DNA from: Cercozoa sp. M6MM
Lineage: Eukaryota > Protista > Endomyxa: Ascetosporea
NCBI GenBank assembly: GCA_040357565.1
Contig: JBDODJ010000017.1
Direction: 5' to 3' (one strand)
Length of the DNA: 64,000 nt
Shown here: one piece after another, positions 39,501 to 51,411 of the stretch
Numbering within the stretch: position 1 is the stretch's first letter
How the letters are laid out: each line of letters starts with the position of its first letter
Translations under genes and position numbers: made by a program
The notes under the pieces: model-generated
The model's database searches: none
Told to the model about the DNA's origin: nothing
The model's input: the letters and a program-made list of their open reading frames with translations, nothing else

Positions 39501-41139
39501 GAGGAGTAAACGCAGCGTACCGAGGAGGTGCGTATGACACGACGCGATGCGCGCCACATTCGCCCGTCGAGTCGACGCTGCTTGCGTAGATTCTTCTTGC
39601 TTTCTACCTGCGCCGTTGCTTTTCAGAAAGTGCTTTGGATAGTATGCGAGTGCAACAAGCGAAAGACGCGCAAGACAACGAAGTCTACGTGACACGCGGA
39701 ACCGTGCCAGCCACTGCACGAAAGTACTTTGTGAGAGGAACTGACTTGCACTCGGCGGATGAGCAAGTGTCAGCTCTCGTGAGTCGCGGTGTCGCGTTGT
39801 CTGACGCAAAGGACGATTTCGCTGACTGTGATGTCACTGTACCTTCAGTTTCTTTTTAGTGGGAGGAAGGACCAGGGTTGGTGTGCAAATAGAAAAAGTA
39901 CCCGCTCTCGTACTTCGCGCAATACAACGACGAAATCGGCATCGCTGTGTCCGTGGATGCAGGTATCTTTTGTGCTTTGGTTTTAGTATGCATTGTTCTT
40001 GATTGTGACTGCGTAGCGTGGCGTTTGCCGCCGCCGGTGCTGACAAAAAAGGAGAAGAGAATCTTCAAAGGTCTCGACGATGCGCACAAGCGTATGTACA
40101 ACCACACCTGAGTAGACTTTCGCGACAGCTACCCCTTGCTGTCCGCCTGTATAGTTGGGGTGGTGGTTCCGTTGCTGTCGCCTTTTCCACCGAGTGCGTT
40201 CTACTGCGAAAAAGGCGAACGAAAGCGACTCGGCCAACTCGCCTTCACTCACTGCTTCAATGTAAAACGAGGTGCTTTCATTGATTTCAATTAAAAAGGG
40301 TTGTTGCTTGAGCAGTGGCGTTCGAGAGTGTTCTCGCCTGTCTACGTCGATGAAAGCACCCGTCCAACTGCACTGTGGAAAGACGTGGACCCACATGTAC
40401 AGTTTAATTGCATTCTTTTTTACAACATGAAAGCAAAAGCTGCATGACATGCGCGCAACAGGCCATTGTGGTGCTGGACTTGCGCCGACTCGTAGTATCT
40501 GCAAAAGGCAAAACGCAGTTGCTGCCATATGCATGGACTGCACTGAACCTGCTGCGTGCCAACGATGCGACCTACTGCAACGCCGGTGCCTTCCAGTTGC
40601 CGCTGCTTCAGGGCAAAGTGACCCACGCTCTGCTGCAGCGCTTGCACGAAATCCACACGCAGGAAGACACCGGCATGTCCTTCCTACGGGCACTGCAGCA
40701 ACTCGTGCGCGAGACTGAAGAACTCAAAGTGTTTCATGAAGGTGCTTCGTGCTTGCTTCGGGTTCAAGGTACCCTCTACTGTTCTCTTTGTTAGACTTGA
40801 TTTTAAGACTACTACTGCACAGACCCGGCAAGAGGCGAGCTGCTGGAGCCTCCTCTACAGCCACAGTACCTGCGCAAAGAGCTGCTGTCATTGGCGACCA
40901 GTGACTTCAAGTACGACGACGATTTCAAATACGACTCATCGCAGGTGTCTTTGAGCGTCGAGCAGCAACGCAAGGCGCGCGACAAGGCCGCCAGTCGCTG
41001 GTTCGGCAAGAAGAGTCGCCTCGCCGAGTGCTCCGTGCTGCAGGATGTCTTACCGTCGTCGCTCGAGACCAGCGAGGTCACCGCTGTCATTCAGCGTGTC
41101 TTGATTGACTCGACACACGCCAGCTCTCATGAGCGTTAG
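33578..41139 (+). CDS. Very large coiled-coil protein with about four C2-like modules (CCDC17-like; may be more than one gene)
   Basis: Long coiled-coil exons. A paired motif recurs four times: AWTFMPLF/GMFRLPL, HWTAIPLF/GSFDLPL, GVATLPLF/EGAFQLPL and AWTALNLL/AGAFQLPL. The family call is from recall. Confidence 0.55.
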
Positions 41140-41429
41140 TTATACAATAAAAATTGAGTTAATATCCGTCGGTTGTACCCTCGCCTCACGTTTTGAAAGT
41201 CAAGTCAGGGAGCTGGTTAGTCACAGCATTTTTTAACACGATATAACAACCGGTACCGAGTCTCACCTTACGTTCGGTTAGCGAGCAGCCGCCACGTACG
41301 GTAACGGATTATTCGATTTTCCCGAAAACGGCTGAACGGAAATGTCTCGGCCTAGCATGCCGCGATTTCCTTGTTGTTAGCGTGGGCGGAGCGGGGGGAC
41401 TCGAGAGTTTAGGTCACTCGAGTTGCAGG

Positions 41430-42620
41430 TCACTCGCGTCGAGTCGCACGCCGGAACTCGTCGTCGGTCGCAACTTCAAAGCCGACGGCGTCCTCCAGGT
41501 CGCTGGCCCAGGAGACTCCGCGCTGGCGTGCCTCTTCCCAGAGCGACTTGACCAAGTCTTCCGTCTCGGGTCTGGCCGGCCATGCGCACACGAGGAATGC
41601 GTGCAGGTCACTGTCTGACAGGTCCTGTTGTCAGACACCAACATATGTGTCGACTTGGAGAGAGACAGCTGTGTGTACCTTGACTTGTTGGGAACACCAA
41701 GAGACCAAAGCGGCGTCGTCGGCGGACAGCAAGGTGAGACAGAACTTGGCGCGACGAGCAGCGATGCAGAGAGTGTCGTCGTCCTCCCGCATGCAGAAGT
41801 CGAGCGCCTCCACGTAGTCGTCCCGTGCCGTCGGAGTGCCCGGCAGTGTCTTGATACTGTCCAGCGTGCGATTGAGTTTCTCCGTGTAGTGCAGCAGCAG
41901 GTTGCGACGCGGCTCGAGTGTGTAGTACGGCAGCAGCACGCAGGTTGCCCACCAGCGCATGATGTGCGACCAGCGGTGCGGCATGACCTCTCGCTGCGAG
42001 GCGCCAAAGATCGGCACCACGTACGCGTTCGACTCCGGCGTCGGCGCTAGCACGGCGTGCAACAAGTGCGTCGCGATGTTGCACACGTGCATCAGTTGCT
42101 GCTCTGCACGTACAATACATATATATACATATATATATATATATATTTATATTTATACATATATACATGCATGTAAAAACACAAGCATATAATATACACA
42201 AGCGTACGATTCTTGGACTGAAGCAGCAGGCTGGCGATGCTGTGGAGCTGGTCAAAGAGTTGCTTGAGTTCTGTCTGCTCGCGGAGCAGATCGCACAGGC
42301 GCAGACGTTTGATTCGGTTCAGCGTCGTTGTCATTTCGCCCGGGTCCTTGGTTGGTTTCTTCAGCCGCTGCAACTTCTCGACGACACTGGCCACGCGCGA
42401 GTACTTTGGCGGCTCCACTTCAAGTGAATTTACGATTCTCTTCTGTCCATCACATGAATAACTCTCAATGAATCAAACGCTAAGACAACAATACCACCGT
42501 CCACTCCGCAAGATCCGCATGCCGTCGCCTTCCTCGAACGACAATCCTGGCTATCCTACGCATTTTACACTGTAGTAGCACGCGTCCTCACCTGTTTATG
42601 GCTTAAACCTGCGGTGCATG
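41430..42620 (-). CDS. Hypothetical protein
   Basis: Exons EPPKYSRVASVVEKL..., HVCNIATHLLHAVL... and DLSDSDLHAFL...RATRRE*. Start approximate. Confidence 0.55.
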
Positions 42621-42724
42621 TCTCTTGTTTAAAAAATACCAACTCGTGCATTGTGCCAGCATAATAGCTCTAAGTGTGTGTTAGAACGTGTGTATACATA
42701 TTTAAAGGCATTGAAGCAGCTGAG

Positions 42725-44233
42725 ATGGCATTCAGACGTGCACTAGTTTCTTCGCGCATGCTGTTGCGCAGTAGGCGCCTCATGAGTAGCGAGGCGCGCC
42801 TGATTCAGCTCAATCGCGAAGTCAGCGAGCACTTCGCTGCGTCTCGCTTTGCTGAGGCCGCTGCTAGCGCGGCGCAGGCGGTACATCCTCATGAGTGCTT
42901 TAAGTTGAGTTGCTTTGAGTTGAGTTGCTTTGATGAGTTGCTTTGAGTTGATTGAGTTGAGTTGAGTTGAGATGAGTCGCTTTGCTTTGTGCAGATTGAT
43001 GTGGCGCGTGAAGAGTACGGCGAAGACCACTTTGCTTTCGCTTCGGCGGTGAACAACCTCGCTGTGGTCGTGAAGCGCGCCGGCGATCTCGAGAAAGCGC
43101 AGCCACTGATGCGCTTTGCTCTGCAGATCTACGAGAAGGTGAAAGCTTTGTTGTGAAATGAGTCGGAAAGGGAGTGAAAGCAAGTATTTCGCAGGTGCAT
43201 GGACCCGAGCACCTGTCGACGGCATCGGTGCGCGCGAATCTCGCCGTGCTGCTGCGACAGCTTTGGCACGAGCGTTGCCTTCCCGTGCAGAGCGAACTCG
43301 AAAGCGAAACCGCCGAAGCTTCGCATGGCATCATTGGCTACGAACTGCTCGACGAAGCTCGCGAGGTACCTGCATGCTTCCGACTCGATTTCAACTCATC
43401 TCAACTCAAATCTCAACTCATATCTCAACTCAAATCTCAACTCATCGCAACTCAAATCTCAACTCATCGCAACTCAAATCTCAACATCGCAACTCAAAGC
43501 GCAACTCGAATCGCTACTATCTGTTAGCTGCTGACTCAAGCACTCAAGACGCGCGAGAAGGCGGCCGGCGAGCAAGGTGCACCAGACCACCCGCTCGTAG
43601 CCAGCACTCGTGGTCTGCTCGCCTCGGTTCTCGGCAGATTGTAGCTTCGTGCTTTCTCGCTTTCGTTTTCGCTTTCGTTTTCGCTTTCGCTTGCGCTTTT
43701 TGCTTCAAAGCTTTGTGTACACAACAGATCCCGGAGAGACGAAGCGGAGGCAGCTTTTACGTACGCGCGGCAGCAGTTCGAGCGCCACCTGCGCGAGGAT
43801 GAAGCGTGAGCTTTGTTTTCGAAAAGAGCTTTGTATTTCGAAAAGCTTTGTGTTTCGAAAAGCTTTGTGTTCGAAAATAACTTTGTGTTTCGAAAATAAC
43901 TTTGTGTTTCGAAAAGCGTGTGTTGCTTTGTGCAGCTCGGCCGAGTTTGGAACTTTGCTGCACAACTTCGGCGTGTTTCGGCGCGGCGAGTGCGAGGAGG
44001 GCGCCGAGCAGCTGCTGCGCGACGCGCTGACGATGCGAGCGCGCGCTGTCGGCGAGGAGCACGCCGACTTTGAAGAGACGGCCAACGCGCTGCTGCGACT
44101 GCTGCGCGAGACGGGCCAGAGCGAGAAACTCGCCAAGCTCGAGCAGCAGCTGCCGCGCCGCTGGGAGGAACCCGGCACGCTCCGGCAGACTGGCCGCATC
44201 CCGACCACTGACGTCGATGCCAGTGTTGAGTAG
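42725..44233 (+). CDS. Kinesin-light-chain-type TPR protein with mitochondrial-like presequence
   Basis: MAFRRALVSSRMLLRSRRLMSS; TPR units GEDHFAFASAVNNLAVV, GPEHLSTASVRANLAVLL and ALTMRARAVGEEHADF. Confidence 0.8.
43810..43917. repeat. About 17-bp tandem repeat (CTTTGTGTTTCGAAAA-like), intronic
   Basis: About 6 imperfect copies, read directly. Confidence 0.85.
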
Positions 44234-44469
44234 TTACAGTGCTGGAGTTAAAGTTGTTCGCACAAACCCATGGACGTCGGTTGACAAAAAAAGTGTGGGC
44301 TCCCAATCCACCTTGAGTTAGGGCCTCAGTGCAACCTGGTAGAGGCCGCACTAACGCACACTGACTCTGTATTGCAACTGCTCGGCGCCGGCGGCTTATC
44401 TCGCTCTTGTTACATAAACTTAGCGCCGTCCTGTAGTCGAAACTAGGTTGAAAACTATCCTCGCTAGTC

Positions 44470-47400
44470 TTACATAAGCTTCGCGCAGTCGGGGTAGTCG
44501 AAATGCAGCTGCGCCTGGACGGGCGGCGCAGCCGAGCCGGCCTGGCCCAGCACGGCGTCGCTGAGAGTGCGCCACGCCGTGTGACACACGTCGGCCACGG
44601 TGCTCTTCCAGGACACGCTGGCTGTACCATATATCATATATCATATACACAATAAATAATATATATATATATGATATCTATAACATATAGATATATATAC
44701 ATGTATAATATCTATTATATATAAATATATATATATAATGAGTTGTAGGGTATGGTACCAGAGGCATCGTCCAGCACACGCGGCGGCAGCAGCGACGGCG
44801 GCGTTCCGCACAGAGCGACGGCGGCAGGCGGCACTCCCAGCAGCGTGGCCATCACATTGACCGCGTCCACCAGGTCGCCCAGTGCGTCCACCAGGTTCAG
44901 CTCGTACGCACGTGCGCCTCTGCATTCTCAAGGGGGTATGGTGGGTGGGGGAGGAGGTGGGGGGTAAAGCTACGAGTAGACGCGGCCGCGCGCAAGCTGC
45001 TCCAACTGATCGAACGACATGTCGCGCGCCGACGCCACGCGCGACACGAATGTCTGGGAGTAACGGGGGGGGGGGGGTAAGAGGGGGGTAAGGGGGTAAG
45101 AGAGTGGCAAGGCACCTGGTACATGTCGTCGAGCATGTCCTCACGCAGCTTGACGTCGCTGTCGTCGGTGGGCTGCGTGAGCGACAGCAACGATGCCGGT
45201 GCTCGGCCCTCCTTGGGCAGCACTGTCTCGATGCACATCGACAGGTGCTCCTCCAGCAGTCGACGCACCTTGGGAATCCCAAAGACTGCAGTACACATCG
45301 ACATCAACAGACATATAAATATAGACATGCATACAGAGACATAACATACAGAGACATAACATACATAGACATACATATATAGACATATATATATATATAT
45401 ATGTATAGACATAAACATACATATCGAGACATACATACATAAACATACATAGACATACATAAACATACATAGACATACATATATAGACATACATAGACAC
45501 ATGCTTGTTCAAGAAACTTACTGACGCCGATGCTGCCCGTGATTGTGTCCTCCGAGGCAACGACTGGGGGGGGGGGCCGCCCCGGGGGGCCAGAGGGGGT
45601 ATGGGTAGGGTGTACTTCGATCGGCGAGCATGGAGATCCAGTAGCCGCCGCTGGCAGCAACAGCGCCCATCTGACAAACAAACCTGTTCAGTCCCAGGTA
45701 CTACTGCCTACTGCCTACTGCCTGTCAGTACCTTGACAACAACCCGACAGCCTTGTCGACGCAGGTGCCACAGTTCGCGCAGCACCTCCTCCGACGCGGC
45801 GCCACTGCCGCCCGGCGAATCGATCGACACTATCACTCCCGACGGCGCAGTCTTCCTCTGGGGGTAGGGGTAGGGATAGGGGTAGTAGGGGTAGGGGTAG
45901 GGGGCAAGAGGTAGGGCAGGTGGGGGGGGGGGGTAAAGCTACCAGCTTGCGCAACAGCGCGGCATCGCGCGCACCTTTGATTCCGCGTCCGTCGGTGCCG
46001 TCGGAGATGGCGCCAGTCAGCGTGACATGTGCCACGCTCACCTTGCCACTGAGCGATCACACCACATGTGCAACCGTTAGTGACTGAGAGGCAGAGCGAT
46101 CATCTGACGGTGTGACTGGAGGGTACCTCGTGTACGCCTTGTTGTGCTCGGCGTACAGCGACAGCGCCAGTCGGTGACACACGCGCAGTGCGTTACTCAG
46201 GTGCGACATTGCTGTGTTGTACACATTCAGTCCATTTGTACATTAGTACATGTACATCAGCATATGTACACCGGTACAAATGTACACTGGTACAGATCTA
46301 CATAGACACCGGACCAAACGTACTGTCGGACTCGAGGTTGGACGCTTCTCGCACCGCCAGTCGAAGCGCATCGCCGTCGCGTCGCAGCAGCGGCCGCTCG
46401 CGGAAGAGTTCGTTCCACGACACCACGCCGTCGCACAGGCCTGCTCGCACACCAGGCAACTCGACTCAACTCAACTCAACTCAACTCAACTCAAAGCAAA
46501 GCAACTCGACTCAACTCAACTCCAAAGCAAAGCAACTCGACTCAACTCAACTCAAAGCAAAGCAATTCGACTCAACTAAAAGCAAAGCAACTCGACTCAA
46601 AGCAAAGCAAAAGCAATATACCCAGTGTGTGCAAAGCGCTGGTTTCGCCAACCGTCGCAATCTGTAGTCGTCTTTCGGCCTCCTCCTCCGACACCTGCCA
46701 CTTGAGCGCAAAGTCGCGCAGCGACGATCGGCGCAGGTCGTCCAGCAGCTCGCCGATTTGCAACCGATTCGGCTCACTCAGCTGCTTACACAACAAAACA
46801 CTCAACTCAACTCGTCTCAACTCAACTCAACTAAACTCAACGCAACTCAAAGCAACTAAGCTCAACTAAACTCAACCAAACTCAACGCAACTCAAAGTAA
46901 CTCAACGCAACTCAAAGTAACTCAACTCAACTCAAAGCTCAAAAGTAAAGCAACTCAACTCTAGAAAGAGAGCGTACCGAAGTGCGAGAGAAGGTTTCAA
47001 GCGCCGACTTGAACTCGCGCCGCTGACCGACGTCGAAAACGACGCCGAGTCGCTCGAGCAGTTTGCCCTGTTGTTACACAATCAAAGCATTAAAAAAAAA
47101 CAATCTCCAGAGAGACAAGGAAGCACCTTCATCCAGTACTCGGCCGACAGAGTGGTGGCAGCGATCATTCCCGCCGGTGCCAGGTAGGTCTGGGGGGGGG
47201 AGGGGGTAAAGGATAGACCGACACACACAGGGAGAAGGCAAAGCTACAGCATCGGCAGCAGTGCTGACACGCAGTGTTTTCACATCGACGAAATGACCAT
47301 GCAGAACGACGAACTTTCGACCGCCTGCATTGCTACAGCAACAACAACAACAACATGGGTCAGTTAGCTATAACAAGACGGACACAGATACACAAACGTA

Positions 47401-48627
47401 CTAGTCCGGCGTGCCACCGCGGATACGAGTGCCAGCCCAGTCCTTCACAACGAGTGCCTGCAACCAAGCGACTCTACAAGTTGACAGCTCTCTCTGCAAG
47501 ACCAAATACCAGCGAGGCCAGACCAAACACCGAGCCAATACACACGGCTCCCTGTCACGCGAACAACAGAATACTGCCTCACCGAAGAATATAAATAGAA
47601 AGCACACACAGTGTACCTTGACACCACGCGCCGCCTTTTTCACAGGGTCCGTGTACAAGGCCAGTCCGAGACCTGCCATGGCCTGAAACAGCAGCACAAA
47701 CTAACACATACCGAAAGCAAAAGCAACAGCAGAGCGAACCTTCAGCGCGGCAGAGAAGACGCCACTGCTGCCACGACGCGCGTCTTTTTCGCCCTTTGCA
47801 TTCCATGAATAGTATTTATATTAATATGCATGTATATATATATATATGTATATAGATACAAACAAATAGAAGTTAGTGAGGCAAGGTACCCGACGGAAGC
47901 GACGCAATGCACGCACCACCTGTGGAGATAAAGGCGAAACAACTAAACTCACACCTAAACAACAGCAGGAAAGCAACTCACCGTTGCAACCGAGGCATGC
48001 GACAGGTCGGACACGGCGCCTCGCAGCACTAGTCCGCGCACGCGCTTGTCTTGCCGAGCAGCCTCTGTTTAAGAGGGAAACCTCAGCCTACACAAAAGTG
48101 TGTCGTTCATAACGTACCTAGGATGCGAACGAACTCGTCGACCGAAATCTCACGTGTGATCGGATCTGACAGTCGCAACAACAATCAACAAATACACTAC
48201 CACAAGCGTCCACATACCGGTGAAAGAACTGGCAAGTTTCGCAAGCGGACTTCCTGTTTTTAAAGTACACACAACTCATATTACTCGCTCACTCAGCAAA
48301 CAACAAAACTATAAGTACCGTCTTTTTCGTGTTCAATCAGTTTCGACAAGTCGAATTCGAGCACCTTTGAACGAGTCAATTTTAAACATACACGAGTGCT
48401 TTGCACACATATGTCCCTTAAAAACGAACCGTAGCGCCGTGCACGCGTCGGTGCAAGTCGGCGCACTACACCACAGTGCAAGTGCAAAAGCAGAACTGAA
48501 ACATTTTCGATATGCGCGGTGATTGATTATTTGCCAAACTTACGACATCTGCTAACAGAGAAACCAAAAGAAGCGACGAGGCAGCTCCGTGGCTGGAAAT
48601 CAACCACCTGTAGGGCAGTGCCTGCAT
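44470..48627 (-). CDS. sppA: Signal peptide peptidase SppA (protease IV, S49, long two-domain form)
   Basis: DKRVRGLVLR, catalytic-Lys motif REFKSALETFSR, IDSPGGSGAASEEV, catalytic-Ser motif MGAVAASGGYWIS, TITGSIGV, and LARGRVY-GARAYELNLVDALG. Confidence 0.9.
46458..46960. repeat. (CTCAA)n/(AAAGC)n pentamer arrays in two SppA introns
   Basis: Arrays at about 46458-46612 and 46800-46960, separated by an exon. Confidence 0.9.
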
Positions 48628-48823
48628 CCTATCAAACTATTAGTGCAAAAGACCCAAGAAACCAAAAATATTTTTGGCTCACAGTTTCGGCTCAAGGTGA
48701 GCAAAGTCAAGCACAGCAGCTAGTCGCTGGGTGTCACTCCGCCGCGTGCATTTCAACTAATACTTGCACTCGCGTGAGTCGCTTGGCTTTTGGAAGGGAC
48801 CAAAACACCAAGAGGGTTGGGAA

Positions 48824-51207
48824 ATGAGTTTCAACTTTGGGAGCTTTGGCTCCTCGCAGAACTCGGGCCAGTCGAAGCCTGCGTCCACGGTAGACTGTGC
48901 CACATGTTGTTCTGAATCCTAACTTTCACTCAGACGGGAAAAGGCAACAACTACGCTGTTTTGTATGCGTGCAGGGCGGCTTCTCGTTCGGCTCGGGCAC
49001 GAGCAGCACTGGGCAGACGGGCCAGCAGGCGAGTTCGGGCGGCTTCTCCTTCGGCTCGTCGACGAACGCTCCAGCCAGCACGGGCCAGACGCCTGCCGCG
49101 ACCGGGGGTTTCTCGTTCGGTGCTCCGTCCGCCGGTACCACCGGTCAGACCACCGGTCAGACCACTGGCCAGACCACCACGGTGCTTTGAGACTCAGAAT
49201 TGTTGGGGTCTTTGATTGAAAGCTGTGTGTGTGTGTTGCAGTCGAGTTTTTCATTCGGTGCGCCGCAGACGTCGGGCAGCGCGAATGCGGCGCCTGCTGC
49301 GAAAAAAGTGACGTTTGGCGGCGTGTCAGAAGCGCCGGCGGCGTCATCGAAACCGGCCGAGAAAACCACTTCCTTCTGTACCATTTTGATTTTTTGTGGA
49401 GCACCGTGGTTGCACTTGTTTGCGAGTGCACATTTTTGGCTTTCTGGTCGCAGCTTTCGGCACTCCTGCGCCGAAGCGATCAAAGCCACCTTCGGGCTCT
49501 TTCTGTAGCTCACCGTTGTTGGAGCTTTCGTTTTTTTCACGTCTGTTTTTGTAGCCTTCGGTGCTCCTGCCGGCGGTGAGCAGAAGCAAGACAAACCGGC
49601 CGACAGCAAGCCTGCTTTCTGTAGGACGTGTTCGACCTTTCTCCTCTTCTTTTTAAACAATCTTTTGTTTCAGCTTTCGGTGCGCCTGCGTCGACGGGAA
49701 CGACGGAACAAAAACCCGAAAGCAAGCCGGCTTTCTGTATGTTTCGATTGCTTTTGTTGTGCTTGATCAAATATGGTTTTGCTTTAGCTTTTGGTGCGAG
49801 CACGGGTGCCACTGGAACCACCGGAGCTACAACTGGAACCACCGGTACTGCCACAACTGGCACGGCTGCTGGCACGGGAACTACCGGCACGGGTGCCTTC
49901 TCTTTCGGTGCTCCTACCTCGGGCACGACTGGAACCACGACTGGAACTACTGGAACTACTGGAACTACCGGTACTTCTTGGACATCTTCTCTTGTGTAAC
50001 CATCAGTTTTTCAATGCAGGCGGCACGGGTGCCTTTTCGTTTGGAGCGCCCAGCACTGCCGCTACAGGTGCTTTCATAAAGTTTTGGCGTACTTTAGAAC
50101 AATCAGAGATGTGTTTGAAGCAGGGAAACCAGCTGAGACGAAACCCGCCGAGCCAGAGGTTCTGCCGCTTGAGGAAGCCGAAATCGCGCGTGTCAAAAAC
50201 GCCACCGTGGAGGAGATCATTTCCGAGTGGAACCGCGAACTCGATCGATACGTCGACTCCTTCCAGCAGCAATGTCTCGAAGTCGCTCGTTGGGACGAAC
50301 TTCTCATCGCGCATGGCGCCAAGCTTCTCAGTGTACAGCTTTCTTTTTTTTTCATTCTTCTCATTTTTCTCGACTTCACGTGCGAAATTTGCCGTTTGCA
50401 CAGCTGAAGAACCATACAGATGCCGTTCAGTACGAACAACGCAGCTTAAGAGACACTTTCCAGGTACTAACACCCTTGTCTGCTGTGTCATCTGTAGTGA
50501 AAAACTGAAAGCTTCTTGCAGTCGATCAGAGTTCAGCATCAGTCGCTCGAGTCACGCATGGACCGTCTCGAGGCTGAGGTAGAGTTGCTGACACATTGTT
50601 TGGCTTTACACCTTCACTTTTGCTTTGTTAGGCCGATGAACTACACGCTCAGTTGCAAGGAGAGGTATTATGTGGCAATTTTACAAGATTAATTTTTTAT
50701 TAGTTTGATCGTTTTTCAGGTCCGCGCGGACGACAAACGACGCGACGAGATTTTTGCTGCCGCAGCTGCCATCGAAGCGCAGATGCTGCAGATGCAGGAT
50801 CAGTTGAGAGGTGCTGTCGAGGCACTGAACACAGCCAGGTCTTTTTAATTTTGGATAGTTTACACTTAAATAAAATTGTATATGGTGGGTGAAACTTGCA
50901 GTGATGCGGCGGCTCAACGCAACCCGCTGGCGAAGGTGCTCAAGATCCTCAATCGACACTCGCACGCGCTCGACTTTGTTGATACCGTAAGTTTCACCTG
51001 TTTTTGCAGTTTCGTAATATATGACCACTATGTCACTCTGTCTGTGCTTGGTTGTGCAGGAGGCCGCGCAAGTGGAGACGCAACTCAACGAGGTAGCTGT
51101 TGCTGCTTTCATTTGATCTTGTGCGTGACTTACGCGTCTTTGAACAGGTGGAGCAACTGCTCAAGCTGCGCACGAGCGAGCACGTCCGACTCCTGAGCGA
51201 TGACTAG
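48824..51207 (+). CDS. NUP62: Nucleoporin Nup62/NSP1
   Basis: MSFNFG start, many FSFG repeats, Thr/Gly linker, Nsp1-C coiled coil TVEEIISEWNREL...VARWDELLI...LAKVLKILNRHSHALDFVD. Confidence 0.92.
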
Positions 51208-51411
51208 CTTTCGCGCCGCAAATGGACGCTTGTGTTCGTTTTTTGGTTACTTGATGCGTTGTGGTGAACCAATTAAGTCAAACGAAAGTGAAACCCGACA
51301 AATTCTCGACGCGATGATCGTGCCAGCAAGTGGTCATCCGCAAACCGAAACCGATTGTCGCAAAAAAGACGAAAATCGACCTCACCGACCACGCGCGTGT
51401 GTGTGTGCAGG

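Noticed and set aside
43810-43917. CRISPR-like appearance of TTTCGAAA-containing repeats
   Set aside because: Head-to-tail tandem repeats with no unique spacers, inside an intron, and no cas genes.
44470-44484. SppA C-terminus AKLM as a peroxisomal PTS1
   Set aside because: The terminal tripeptide is KLM, not AKL.
45859-45935. (TAGGGG)n as a telomere remnant
   Set aside because: Short, irregular and confined to an intron.
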